Shown here in pieces: positions 37,841-50,984 of a DNA stretch of 64,000 bases (its first letter is position 1; each line of letters starts with the position of its first letter). The notes beneath the pieces were generated by a model that saw only the letters and a list, made by a program, of their open reading frames with translations, had not been told where the DNA came from and did no database searches. The stretch is from Squalus acanthias (Eukaryota), in contig CM059432.1 of assembly GCA_030390025.1 (NCBI GenBank), forward strand, positions 104,162,001 through 104,226,000, read 5' to 3'. The translations under genes were made by a program, and so were the position numbers.

Positions 37841-38305
37841 AAGAACCTAAGAATTAAGAGGAGCAGGCCATACGGCCCCTCGCACCGCCATTCAATAAGA
37901 TCATGGCTGATCTTCGACCTCAACTCCACTTTCCCGCCTGATCACGATATCCCTTGATTCTCCTAGAGTCCAAAAATCTATATCTCAGCCTTGAATATAC
38001 TCAACGATTCAGTATCCACAGCCCTTTGGGGTAGAAAATTCCAAAGTTTCACAACCCTCTGAGTGAAGAAATTCATCCTCATCTCAGTCTTAAATGGCTG
38101 ACCGCTTACCCGGAGACTATGCCCACTAGTTCTAGACTCTCCAGCCAGGGGAAACAACTTCTCAGCATCTACCCTGTCAATCCCCTTCAGAATCATACAC
38201 CTTTCAATGAGATCACCTCTCATTCTTCTAAACGCAAGAGTATAGGCCCAATCTACTCAATCTCTTTTCATAGGACAACCCTCTCATCCCAAGAATCAAC
38301 CTAGT
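37841..38305 (-). mobile_element. CR1 3' fragment, tail-to-tail with the DeuSINE
   Basis: RGDLIE...NFFTQRVVKLWNFLPQ; GGCCGTATGGCC...TTCTTAGGTTCTT tail. Confidence 0.85.
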
Positions 38306-38439
38306 TCTTCTTTCTAAAAAATATTTCAATCACGTTTTATTACCAAACATTCTCCACTTAAATTTGGCTATTCACAGCATAATTTTAGTTATTCAGGATC
38401 AATGTCTCAATGTTGTGTTGTTTTATTTAACACCTAATA

Positions 38440-38552
38440 TTCCCTACATTACAAGTGACTACACTGCATAAGTAATTAATTGGCTGCAAAGCGCTTTGGG
38501 ACGTCCCGAGGTCGTGAATGGCTCTATATAAATGCAAGTCTTTCTTTCTTCC
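38440..38552 (+). mobile_element. DeuSINE 3' tail fragment
   Basis: Matches 37733-37840. Confidence 0.75.
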
Positions 38553-38966
38553 TTTGGAATTGGAGAACACTGGCATTAAAGTCTCCTTGTAGTTGGTGTT
38601 ACAGAACCTGTCTCATTATGATTATTAAATGTGAATATTATATCCTTTTTATAATGGCACTTTACCTGAGCCAATTTAAACTAGTTTCTGTTAACTGCTG
38701 CTTGGGAGTGGCTTATTGTAACTATATGTAGAAGAGTATGCATGTTTTGAACAAAACACACACCATTCTGTCTGAAATCCTTACATATTGACAAGTTTAA
38801 ACTTAGTTCTGTTAACTGCTGTTTCTGTAATGATTCCCTTTGTCTTTTTGTCTTGATTAGCCTGTAAATAGTGACAAATGCATGAGAGATGTCTGGAATA
38901 TAGATTCTAGCTTCAAAGGACTGTTCATATTAATCCACCTAAAAGCAGATCCCTATCAAGACAAAA

Positions 38967-39190
38967 TTAACAGAAATGCTGCAAACACTCAGCAGGTCAG
39001 GAAGCATCTGTGGAGAAGATGGTAGGGTTAATGTTTCAGGTCAATTACTTTTCATCAGAACTTTTGGCTATGACCTGAATAGCTAACCCAACCTTTCTCT
39101 CTCTCCACAGATGCTGCCTTGACCTGCTGAGTGTTTCCAGCAGTCTCTGTTTTTGTTTCAGATTTCCAGCATCTGCGGTATTCTGCTTTT
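38967..39190. mobile_element. Short fold-back Penelope-like terminal remnant
   Basis: Inverted arms; perfect 13-bp TSD TATCAAGACAAAA at 38954-38966 and 39191-39203; degenerate hammerhead on the minus strand at about 39027-39062. Confidence 0.85.
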
Positions 39191-40589
39191 TATCAAGACA
39201 AAAGTTTGTTTGAGTAATTCCTCAGACAATGTTTGCCAGTGTGAGAAAAAGACAGCTGTTATCTCTGTGCCTGTCCTATCAGGGCCATACTGCTGGAATC
39301 AAAATTTACACCTTTGTCATAAAAGGCTTCCTTTGACAGAAAGGCCTTGAGACTGCTGCTCATCTTCTGCTCATCTAAAAAATGCAGCTCCAAGTCACTG
39401 CAGTAAGAAACTCCATGGCGCCATCAGCTCATACTTTGCTTCATCACAACTCAGTACAGATTGCGCAGATGGGTGGACAGTATATTTCAGCCAAACTACA
39501 AATCATCATCTGGTATAACCCAGGGGTAAATGAGTCGACTGTTAGCTCTGATGCACATTACATCCCATTGAAACTCTGAGGATTAAGAATCTTGAAACAA
39601 GTTGATTTGTTGACCTCAGTTTAATGTATCAGTGAAAGTAAAGTACAGTACTCTATTTGTTGTTTTCACTTGCTGTTTCAACTTGCTTCTGTGTAATAAA
39701 CAATCACTTTTAATAAACAATTTGTAGTTTGGCCACCAATATCTATTTTCTTTCCACCCATCACGAATAAGGACTTACACGTGTAGAACTTCAAATTGAA
39801 TCAAGCACAAGCAAACTGCACTGCTCAAGTCCCCACCATTCAATTTTTTTTAAATGACAATGAAAGCGCTGTTTAGGCTGGAAATTTTATTTTCTCCAAT
39901 TTCCCTGTATACCTCTACATTAACAGGCAACAACCACATAATTCTCCATGTAAGAATCAAAGGTTAATTACAGCTTATCTCCCTAATGGCTTGGTGAGCA
40001 ATGGCGCTGAGTGGTACTGAGCCAGGTACATCAGGATGGTCCTAGTTTCAATTTCTGGCTTGTCCTGTAGTTGGTTTCAGTTAAACAATTTGCCAGTGTT
40101 ACCAGAGGGCAAGAGGAGAAAAAATTAACATAGAAAACAGATAGGGTTCCCATTCCTTTCTTATTCAGTGGTCCTTTGTGTGTGCAGACTTTGAGGACAG
40201 AATTAACTGTGATGCCTAGAACCAGTGGAATTCGCTGTCTCAGCTTACAAATGCAAAACAACCACCAGGCACCAAAGAGTTTCAAGCACCTGTGGAACCT
40301 TTATGCTCAGCTGTTGTCTGGCACGTGGAAAACCATCTACATGTATAAGAGTTTCCAAACCAAACTACTGAGAAATCTAAATTTTCTGTTTGCCTGCTAT
40401 GGAGAGCACACACATCCACCTGACCAAAGTGCAGCGAGCTTAAGTGCAGGTTGGTAGAGCCAAGGCTTGGAGGACCCCCAAGTGTGTGCAGGTGCACTAC
40501 TAAACCAACTAAAATCAATATACAGGATAACAACAGAAAACACTGGAAAAACTCAGCAGGCGAGGCAGCATCCGTGGAGAGAGAAACAG

Positions 40590-40625
40590 AGTCAACGTTT
40601 CAGGTCGAGACCTTTCATCAGAACT
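40590..40625 (-). ncRNA. Minimal type I hammerhead ribozyme motif
   Basis: AGTT-CTGATGA-AAGGTCTCGACCT-GAAAC-GTT-GACT on the minus strand; stem II AGGTC/GACCT intact. Confidence 0.8.
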
Positions 40626-40892
40626 GGAAACAGCCGGAAATCAAATAGATTTACGGCAAGGATAAAGCTGGGAAAAGGGGGAGGGGATGAAAGAACAAAA
40701 GGAGAGATTAAGAGACATTAAGAGATATTCAAGGCAAGAGGTGGTGTTAATGTGACAGGTTAAGGCTGAAAGAAGTGTGAAATCCACTGGCAGAATGAAG
40801 GACAGCTGCCAGCTTCTAGGAGGGGGAAAAAAAGGGGGGGGGGGGGCAAATAAAAGGGTGGATGAAAAAATAAAATATAAATGTGATTGGGG

Positions 40893-43177
40893 CTAAGGTT
40901 GTGATCTAAAATTGTTGAACTCGATATTGAGTCCAGAGGGCTGTAGCGTGCCTAAACGAAAGATGAGGTGCTGTTCCTCGAGCTTACGCTGCGCTTCCGT
41001 AAAACAGTGTAATAGGCCGAGGACGGTGAGGTCAGAGTGGGAGTGGAGCGGAGAATTAAAGTGACAGGCGACCGGGAGCTCGGGGTCCCCCTTACGGACT
41101 GAACGGAGGTGTTCCGCAAAGCGGTCATCCAATCTGCGTTTGGTCTCCCCAATGTAGAGGAGACCACATCGTGAGCAGCGAATACAGTATACTAAATTGC
41201 AGGAAGTACAAGTAAATCGCTGTTTCACCTGGAAGGGGTGTTTGGGGCCCTGGACAGTGGGAAGAGGGGAGGTATAAGGGCATGTGTTGCATCTCCTGCG
41301 CTTGCACGGGAAGGTGCCGGGCGAAGGGGAAGGGGTGCTGGGGGTGGTAGAGGAGTGGAGCAGCGTGTCGCGGAGGGAGCGGTCCCTGCGGAATGCTGAA
41401 AGGGGAGGTGAAGGGAAGATGCGTTTGGTGGTGGGATCACGCTGGAGGTGGCGGAAATGGCGGAGGATGATCCGTTGAATGTGGAGGCTGGTGGGGTGAA
41501 AGGTGAGGACAAGGGGAACTCTATCGTGGTTCCGGGAGGGAGGGGCAGGGGTGAGGGCAGAAGTGCGGGAGATAGAACGGACACGGTCGAGGGCCATGTC
41601 GACCACGGTAGAGGGGTATCCTCGGTTGAGGAAAAAGGAAGACATGTCGGAAGCACTGGTATGGAAGGTGGCATCATCAGAGCAGATGCGGCGGAGACGG
41701 AGAAACTGGGAGAATGGAATAGAGTCCTTACAGGAGGCGGGGTGGGAGGAAGTGTAGTCCAGGTAGCTGTGGGAGTCAGTGGGCTTGTAGTGAATGTTAG
41801 TCAATAACCTATCCCCAGAGATGCAGACGGAGAAGTCGAGGAAGGGAAGGGAAGAGTCGGAGATGGACCATGTGAAGGTGAGGGAAGGGTGGAAATTGGA
41901 AGCATAGTGAATGAAATGTTCTAGTTCAGGGCGAGAGCAGGAGACGGCACCGATACAGTCATCAATGTACCGGAAAAAGAGGTGAGGGAGGGGACCCGAG
42001 TAGGACTGGAACAAAGTGTTCCACATATCCCACGAAAAGGCAGGCATAGCTAGGACCCATGCGGGTACCCATAGCAACACCTTTAATTTGGAGGAAATGG
42101 GTGGAGTCAAAGGAGAAGTTGTTCAATGTGAGAACAAGTATAGCCAGGCGGAGGAGGGTGGTGGTGGATGGGGACTGGTTGGGCATCTGTTCAAGGAAGA
42201 AGCGGAGCGCCCTCAGGCCATCCTGGTGGGGAATGGAGGTGTAGAGGGATTGTACGTCCATAGTGAAGAGGAGGCGGTTGGGGCCGGGAAACTGGAAACT
42301 GTTAAAATGGCGGAGGGCGTCGGAAGAGTCGCGGATGTAGGTGGGAAGAGACTGGACAAGGGGAGAAAAAAGAGTCGAGATAGGAAGAGATAAGTTCCGT
42401 GGGGCAAGAACAGGCTGAAACGATGGGTCTACCGGGGCAGTCCTGTTTGTGGATCTTGGGAAGCAGGTAGAAGCGGGCTGTGCGGGGTTGGGGAACTATG
42501 AGGTTGGCGTCCGTGGGGGGAAGATCTCCAGAGATGAGGTCAGTGACGGTCTTGGAAATGGTGGTTTGATGTTCGGTAGTGGGGTCATGGTCCAGGTGGA
42601 GGTAGGAGGAGGTGTCGGAGAGTTGGCGTTCAGCTTCCGCTAGGTAGAGTTCGGTACGCCAAACAACAACAGCACCACCCTTGTCAGCAGGTTTAATGAC
42701 AATGTCGGGGTTGGATCTGAGGGAATAGAGTGCTGCAAGTTCAGAGGGAGGTAGGTTGGAGTGAGAGAGGGGAGCAGAGAAATTGAGACGGCCGATGTCA
42801 CGCCGGCAGTTGGCAATGAAAAGATCTAAAGAGGGTAAGAGGCCAGAGGGAGGGGTCCAGGTAGAACGGGAATTCTGAAAGCGGGAATTCTGAAAGCGGG
42901 AGAAAGGGTCAGCCGTACGGGGGGGGGGGGGGGGGGGGGAAGACTCCTGGCCAGAGAAGTGGGCACGGAGGCGAAGGCGGTGGAAAAAGAGCTCAGCATC
43001 GTGCCGAGCTCAAAATTCATTGAGGTGGGGGCGTAAGGGGATGAAGCTCAGGCCTTTGCTGAGGACTGATCGTTCGGGGTCAGAAAGGTGAAGGTCAGAA
43101 GGGATAGTGAAAACGCGGCAGGGGGTGAGATTGGGAGAAGGGGGGTCAGAGGAAAGTGAAGGGGAAGGGGAAGAAGG
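40893..43177 (-). pseudogene. Frameshifted Penelope RT plus GIY-YIG endonuclease ORF
   Basis: MDVQSLYTSIPH, KGVAMGTRMGPSYA, FRYIDD, CKRRRCNTC, LVYCIRCSRCGLLYIGET; frameshift near 42015, further lesions upstream and a poly-G run at 42919-42938. Confidence 0.9.
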
Positions 43178-43896
43178 TCCACTCCTCTACCACCCCCAGC
43201 ACCCCTTCCCCTTTGCCTGGCACCTTCCCGTGCAAGCGCAGGAGATGCAACACATGCCCTTATACCTCCCCTCTTCCCACTGTCCAGGGCCCCAAACACC
43301 CCTTCCAGGTGAAACAGCGATTTACTTGTACTTCCTGCAATTTAGTATACTGTATTCGCTGCTCACGATGTGGTCTCCTCTACATTGGGGAGACCAAAGG
43401 CAGATTGGATGACCGCTTTGCGGAACACCTCCGTTCAGTCCGTAAGGGGGACCCCGAGCTCCCGGTCGCCTGTCACTTTAATTCTCCGCTCCACTCCCAC
43501 TCTGACCTCACCGTCCTCGGCCTATTACACTGTTCCACGGAAGCGCAGCGTAAGCTCGAGGAACAGCACCTCATCTTTCGTTTAGGCACGCTACAGCCCT
43601 CTGGACTCAATATCAAGTTCAACAATTTTAGATCATAACCTTAGCCCCAATCACATTTATATTTTATTTTTTCATCCACCCTTTTATTTGCCCCCATCCC
43701 CCCCTTTTTTTTCCCCTCCTAGAAGCTGGCAGCTGTCCTTCATTCTGCCAGTGGATTTCACACTTCTTTCAGCCTTAACCTGTCACATTAACACCACCTC
43801 TTGATGTCTCTTAATCTCTCCTTTTGTTCTTTCATCCCCTCCCCCTTTTCTCAGCTTTATCCTTGCCTTAAATCTATTTGATTTCCGGCTGTTTCC

Positions 43897-43932
43897 AGTT
43901 CTGATGAAAGATCTCGACCTGAAACGTTGACT
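43897..43932 (+). ncRNA. Minimal type I hammerhead ribozyme motif, one stem II mismatch
   Basis: AGTT-CTGATGA-AAGATCTCGACCT-GAAAC-GTT-GACT. Confidence 0.7.
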
Positions 43933-45494
43933 CTGTTTCTCTCTCCACGGATGCTGCCTCGCCTGCTGAGTTTTTCCAGCGTTTTCTGTTGTTATTTCGG
44001 ATTTCCAGCATCTGCAGTATTTTGCTATCGTATCAATATACAGGATGTTCAGCTAGAGCCATCCTACCCATTACGGCATTGACTTGCAGGGTCACAGCTG
44101 CATAGGAAGAATCTCAGCCCTTGGTGCTACACCTCCATGTTCTATCAGTGAGCCAAACTGGCTAGTCAATCATCAGTACTGCCCTGGAGTACTACAGACC
44201 TGCGTGGTTCAAATATCAATTTACTGCATCTGCCACACCAGTTCAAAACTTCAATCACCAGCCATGTCATCTCAGTGAGATACTGGCCCCAAAAAAGGAC
44301 CTGTTGTAGATTCAGCTCCCAACATGGCTAAGCTCAAGCACTATTGTTAAGTCAAATAGCTAATGCCATCAACATTGGTTGTTTAAAGTATATTAACACC
44401 AGTAAAGAGATTCTCTGTGTGATGGTGTAATAAAGAAGGAAAAGATGGTGCAATACTTCTAAATCAGTGTTATGCAAACACAACTACTTTCATATTCAAC
44501 AGTTCCATCATCAGTAAATTTACATTTTAGTTTCTACACTCAAATTGGAAACTTACTCACTGTTTTTCACTGCTTCCATTGTTGCTAGGGGAATAAGTAT
44601 AGTCTGTTTTACAGAATTCAATTTAAGCCATAAGCTGTACAATATAGATAATTAAAAACACAATTATAACAGATGGTATCTTTCCCCTACACTTCCTCAT
44701 TCACTAAAAAAGTATCTATCATAGTGCAAAACCTTTAAACTTCATCAGTGGTGAATGCTGTTCAGTACCAACAGCACAGCATTAGGTTATTATCCAGTCC
44801 AATACACCATCATTAACAGATGGTACATCACAGTATCTCAAAAGCCTTCCACAGTGCACCTGCTGTTCTCTTAATACAACAGGCCTGCCCATAGAATGTT
44901 TCTGCTCCAGAAGGGAAATCTACGAACATTGTGGTAGCAGATGGTGTTCCAACAGGGTATTTCTAGAAACTGAAATTTAAGGTACTGGTACCTCCCACAG
45001 TACATGAACTGCGTACCAACTCCTGTTGATCCTTCACTCAAGTGCAGCTCACAAACAGGATGAACTGGATGTATCCTGTCCCATTAAAAGAAAGAAAACA
45101 GATGGAGTGGCTGCACGGTAACACATTTTAAAAATCAAACTAATGTGATAGCAAATTGGGAAGGCACATGTGGTGACATGCTGCAATCTGTGTAAAGCAA
45201 ATTTGAAAGTTTCACGTGAAGCCAACCATATCACGGTCCTCAAATTGTGTAACTTGGATTGCTAATAATGCATAAAGTATTTGGTGTACCAAAGACATTG
45301 GCCCGGATTTTGTGGTGGTAATGACAGCAAAACTGTCAGTGTTCACCATCATTACTCCTCAAAGAGTGACAGCAATTTCTGGAATCAGTGCATTCGCAGA
45401 TAAACGCAGAAATCTAGAAGTTGCTGTCAGTCATTCCCTGCTCCTCTACAGGTTGCACCTGACAACAAGTGTGAGGAGCTCATGAACTTTTGTC

Positions 45495-47197
45495 TCTCAG
45501 ATTGAGACCACCCATTCAGCTGCCTCTGCCCAGGCCAAACTTCCTTTAAGGTTCCCCCTACCCTAGCCCTGAACTCCCATCTTTCTCCAGTTTCTCTCCG
45601 ATCTCCCCTCATGACCTCTCCGCACTCATCTTGTCCATGAGATCTACTTCCTGCTCCCTCGACCCTATTCCCACCAAACTGCTGACCACCCAACTTCCTT
45701 TTCTGGCTCCCATGTTAGCTGACATTGTTAACGGTTCTCTCTCCTCAGGTACTGGCCCCCTCTCCCTCAAATCTGATCAGCCCTCTCGTCAGAAAACCAA
45801 CCCTTGATCCCTCCGTCCTTTCAAACTACCACCCAATCTCCAACCTCCCTTTCCTCTCCAAAGTCCTTGAACATGTTGTCGCCACCCAAATCTGTGCCCA
45901 TCTTTCCCACAACTCCATGTTTGAATCCCACCAAACAGGTTTCCACCCCTACCACAGTACCGAAACAGCTCTCAGCAAAGTCACAAATGACATCCTTTGT
46001 GACTGTGACAAAAGGTAAACAATCCCTCCTCATCCTTCTCGACTTGTCTGCAGCCTTTGACACAGCTGACCACTCCATCCTCCTCTAATGCCTCTCCACC
46101 ATCATCCAGCTGGGTGGGACTGCACTCACCTGGTTCCATTCTTATCTATCTAATCGTAGCCAGAGAATCACCTGCAATGGCTTCTCTTCCCACTCCCGCA
46201 TCGTTATCTCTGGTGTCCCCCAAGGATCTATCCTTGGCCTCCTATTTCTCATCTACATGCTGTACGCTGACGACACCCAGGTCTAACCTCACCGCCACTT
46301 CTCTTGACCCCTCTACAGTCTCCAAATTGTCAGACTGCTTGTCCGATATCCAGTACTGGATGAGCAGAATTTTTCTCCAATTAAATATTGCGAAGACCAA
46401 AGCCATTGTTTTTGGTCCCCGCCACAAACTCCATTCCCACTCCCTAACATCTGTGAGGCTGAACCACACTGTTCGCAACCTTGGTGACATATTTGACCCT
46501 GAAATAAGCTTCCGACCCCATATCCGTGGCATAACTAAGACCGCCTATTTCCACCTCCGTAACATCGCCCATTTCCGCCCCTGCCTCAGCTCATCTGCTG
46601 CTGAAAGCCTCATCCATGATTTGTTACCTCTAGACTTGACTATTCCAACGCACTCTTGGCTGGCCTCCCACGTTCTACCCTATGTAAACTTGAGTTCATT
46701 CAAAACTCGGCTGCCCGTGTCCTAACTCGCACCAAGTCCCGTTCACCCATCACCCCTGTGCTCGCTGACCTACATTGGCTCCCGGTTAAGCAATGCCTCG
46801 ATTTCAAAATTCTCATCCTGGTTTTCAAATCCTCCATGGTCTCGTCCCTCCCTATCTCTGTAATCTCCTCCAGCCCCACAACCCAGAGATATCTGCGCTC
46901 CTCTAATTCTGCCCTCTTGAGCATCCCTGATTATAATCGCTCAACCATTGGTGGCTATGCCTTCCGTTGCCTAGGCCCTCAGCTCTGGAATTCCCTGCCT
47001 AAACCTCTCTGCATCTCTACCTCTTTTTCCTCCTTTAAGACGCTCCTCAAAACTTACCTCTTTAACCAAGCTTTTGGTCATCTGCCCTAATTTCTCATGT
47101 GGCTCGATGTCAAATTTTAGTCTTACCATACTCCTGTGAGGCGCCTTGCTACGTTTTACAACATTAAAGGCGCCATATAAATACAAGTTGTTGTTGT
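45495..47197 (+). mobile_element. L2 LINE, RT and 3' end, frameshifted
   Basis: [71 protein letters not shown]; (GTT)n tail. Confidence 0.9.
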
Positions 47198-47324
47198 GGA
47201 ACTCCCCAGAGCCGGCAATCAATTCAAATCACAGCTTTTAAGCCAGAGAACCAGGGAAAATTAGGCCCCCTGGGGTCTACCCACTTTTCTATGCCACATT
47301 CCTGGGCCAAGGGAACCTTCTCCT

Positions 47325-47982
47325 CTTTGCCCATCACAGACCTTTTACTTTTATTCTTTTTCTGGCCCCCTTTTCCCTAGCTCTGCACTTGCTTAAAAGC
47401 TGTTCATCTCTAACATCTTCCAGTTCTGGTGATAAGTCATCAACCTGAAACATTAACTCTATTTCTCTCTTCACAGATGCTGCCTGACCTGCACAAAATA
47501 CATATGAAGCTCAATGGAAGCTTGAGGAACAGCACCTCATCTTTTGATTAGGCATTTTACAGCCTCAACATTGAGTTCAACATCTGATCATAACCACCGC
47601 TCCCATTTTCTCATGCAGGTGTTGGTAATGGATCTGCTGTTACCATTTACACATCTCTGGACCCATTTTTTGTTTCTTTACTTGTCCCATTACCACGCTC
47701 TTTTGCCTTGCGCCATCATCCCTTTTGTCATTTAATCACATCTGCTCTCGACCCTATCACAGACCTTCCCTTTTGTTCTTTTCTTTCCCCGTCGCCTATT
47801 TTCCTGGCTCTGTACTTGCTTATAAACTATTAAATCTCTAACTTCTTCCAGATCTGATGAATGGTCATCGACCTGAAACATTTACTGTTTCTCTCTCCAC
47901 AGATGCTGCCTGACCGGCTGAGTGTTTCAGCACTTTATTTTTATTTCAAGATTTCCAACATCCGCAGTATTTTGCTTTTGTC
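47325..47982 (+). mobile_element. Two tandem Penelope-like 3' termini with degenerate hammerheads
   Basis: KLEEQHLIF remnant at about 47520; CTGGTGA..CTGAAAC at about 47426-47451 and CTGATGA..CTGAAAC at about 47854-47879. Confidence 0.75.
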
Positions 47983-48064
47983 AAAATATATATGTATTTT
48001 GAGATGATTGTTATATATTCAAAACTGGATAGAATATCAACTCAGCAACACATGCATAAAAATT

Positions 48065-49070
48065 TCCCTCATTTTCTAATCTACATACTGCCCCTTGGTG
48101 ACATCATTCGAGAACAAAATGTCAGGTTCCACATGCAAGCTGACGACACCCAGCCACTAACTCACCACTACCACTCTCCACCCCTCCGCTGCCTGATTTA
48201 TCACGCAGCTTGTCCCACATCCAGTATTGGATAAGCAGAAATTTCCTCCAATTAAATATTGGGAAGACCGAAGCCATGGTCTTCAGTTCCCACCATAAGC
48301 TTAGTTCCCTAACCAGTGACTTTATCCCTTTCTCTGCCACTGTCTGAGGCTGAACCAGACTGTTCACAATTTGGCGTCCCAGTTGTCCTGGAGCTCAGTT
48401 CCTGACCCCATATCCACTCCATTACCAAGACCGCCTACTTCTGCCTCTGTAACTTCGCCCATCTCATCGGCTGCTGAAACCCTCATCCATGCTTTGGTTG
48501 CCTCTAGTCTCAACTATTCCAATGTTCTCCTGGCCGGCCTCCCACCTTGCACCCTCCATAAACTTGAGGTCATCCAAAACTCTGTTACCCATATCCTAAC
48601 TTGCACCAAGTCCTGTTCACATGTCACCCCTGTGCTCGCTAACCGACACTGACTCCCAGTCCAGCAATGTCTCAATTTTAGAATCTCATCCTTGTTTTCA
48701 AATCCCTCCATGGTCTCGCCCCTCCCTATCTCTGTAACCTCCTTCAGCCCTACAACCCTCCAAGATCTCTGCGCTCCTCCAATTCTAGCCTCTTCCACAT
48801 CCGATTTTCTTCGCTCCACCACTGGCAGCTGTGCCTTCAGCTGTCTAGGCGCCAAGCTCTGGAATTCCTTCCCTAAACCTTTCTGCCTCTCTCTCCTCCT
48901 TTAAGGAGCTCCTTAAAACCTACCTCTTCGACCAAGCTTTTGGTCACCTGTCCCAATAGCTCCTTATGTGGCTCGGTATCAATATTTGTTTGATAATCGC
49001 TCCTGTAAAGTGCCTTGGGACGTCGTACTACATTAAAAGGTGCTATATAAACCCTAGTTGTTGTTGTAGT
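48065..49070 (+). mobile_element. L2 LINE 3' fragment
   Basis: LLAGLP, VIQNS, VTPVLA, LWNS motifs; (GTT)n tail. Confidence 0.85.
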
Positions 49071-49849
49071 GTAAATTGAATACCCCTCAGCAAACCAAAA
49101 GCACATTTACTGCACATTTAAATGCACACTTGAGTTAACAGCAGCAATTACTATTACTGTCCTCAAGTCACTTTCTGTTCACTGTGATTTGAAATGTTCT
49201 CTTCTATAGCCTCTGATTCCTTCATAAATGCATACTTTTCCATACATTACCAAGCAATCTGGATCATCTCATGAGAATTACAAGACAAAGCTTCCCTCCC
49301 CATCAAGCATCTGAATTTCTTCAGTTATTATTGAAGGATGAAGTCACAGGTTGCCTGCAAACACCTTACTCTATTCAATCTTTCCTGGACTTCAGAACAA
49401 AATGTAGTACGTTAAGCTTGATGAAACACTTGCAGATATAAGCTCTGTGAATCAATAATTAATGTACAGTAAATATGTTACAGTGTGTATACAATAACAT
49501 TTGTATATGGATAAAATAAAGATATTTATAGATTATTATATTTTGTATGTGTCCGTTTATGTGCTGGGGGAAGGTTGTGTTTATGTTGGAGTGTCGGAAA
49601 GTGGGTGTATGTCATGAGGTTGGAAGGTGTGACATAGTATGCAAGTGGGAGCTTTGTTTCAAAGTGGATGGAATCCTGTTAACATTTGTTATGCAACGCT
49701 GGTTGTATGTCAAGCGGGGTGAAATGGTTGGGTGTTTGCATTGAGTGGTGGGCAGGTATAAAACATTAGAGGAGGAAGCAGGAAGAAAAAATGCAGCTGT
49801 GAAACTTGTGGGTTATCCAAGACTCAACATTAAACAGACATTCTTATAG

Positions 49850-50345
49850 TATGGAGGCAGACAAGCAGTTGAGTAGAGCGGAGTATCACCAGCATACACA
49901 TTAAACCAACCCAATGCCTGCAGGTGATGTTGCTAAGGGGTAGCATGTAGCCAAGAAAGATGAGGAGGCCTAGGATAGATTCCATGGGGACCCTGGAAGT
50001 GATGATGTGGCAGAGGGAAGATAAAGCATTGTTGGAGCTGCACTGGCTGTATTTAGATAGGTAGAAATGGAACCACGCAAGTTTGATGGAGCTAGGACGA
50101 TGGAGGAGGGGGATAATGTGATTGAATAACAAGAAAGGTCATGAAGGACAAGGAGGGATAAAGCATCATGGTCACAGTGACAAAGGTTGTCACCTATGAC
50201 TTTGGCTAAAAGCATTTTTGTGTTGTGAATAGTGTGGAAGCTGGTCTGCAAGGATTCAATTAGGGAGTTTCAGGAGAGGTGGGTACGCAGCTGGGAATTG
50301 ACAAGACATTTGAGGATCTTAGAAAGGAAAGCGGGATTGGAGAGG
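49850..50345 (-). mobile_element. Decayed L2 RT fragment
   Basis: CHCDHDALSLLVLHDLS, WFHFYLS similar to 45495-47197. Confidence 0.65.
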
Positions 50346-50984
50346 ATGATTCAGAGCCAATAAAATTACCAGGCTGCTACACTCCTCAAAATTCCATATC
50401 CTTCACTATAATCACAAAGTCTGGTACGTTATTACATCTTCAATTTTTCCCATTTGGTAGAGAATGGGAAAATTTGTACGTGTAATTGATGGTACAGCCA
50501 TAATCTTCCTGTAGATGGAAAGCCAAGTCCTATCACACTATTTCGCAAAGCGCTTCATTGTCATTAAACTTTCAAAACTTCCTGAAAGGCTTTGACCACC
50601 TATTTTCGAGATCTGAAGATTTGATTTCTCTGAGCTACAAGAGTATCATTCAGTTACTGGCTTTCAGATTCTCATTCATGTGGTTCTACCTTGGTAGGCA
50701 AGTCCAAGTCTGTTGTCATTTTTCAGTTATACTAAATTTTAAAGAGTTTAAATGGTGCTGTCTTTCCCGGTGGACAGAACACTAAACTTTTCAAAAACAA
50801 CATTAAAAAACAAATCACAGCACACTTGCGATCTGCCACTTTCTTGCAGAGGCAGTATTACTGGTAACTGCCATGGCTGCTCAAAGAAATGTCAAGAGTA
50901 ACTTATCACGACTCCCAAACAAGGCTAACGATTTTCAACATGAAGCAAACCAACATTTCAAACAAGTACAAATTTAAAACGCAC

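Larger units (their letters stand above)
40529..44031 (-). mobile_element. Penelope-like retroelement: 5'-truncated body (40529-43177, minus) plus inverted terminal copy (43178-44031, plus)
   Basis: RT and GIY-YIG motifs; about 830-bp inverted repeat; TSD ATCAATATACAGGAT at 40514-40528 and 44032-44046. Confidence 0.95.

Noticed and set aside
43156..43638. Stand-alone GIY-YIG nuclease gene
   Set aside because: It is the inverted terminal copy of the Penelope element; the GTG start comes from the junction
45298..47272. MITE-like flanks around the L2 (GGCCCGGATTTT ... AAAATTAGGCCC)
   Set aside because: Inverted match is short and imperfect and no TSD was found
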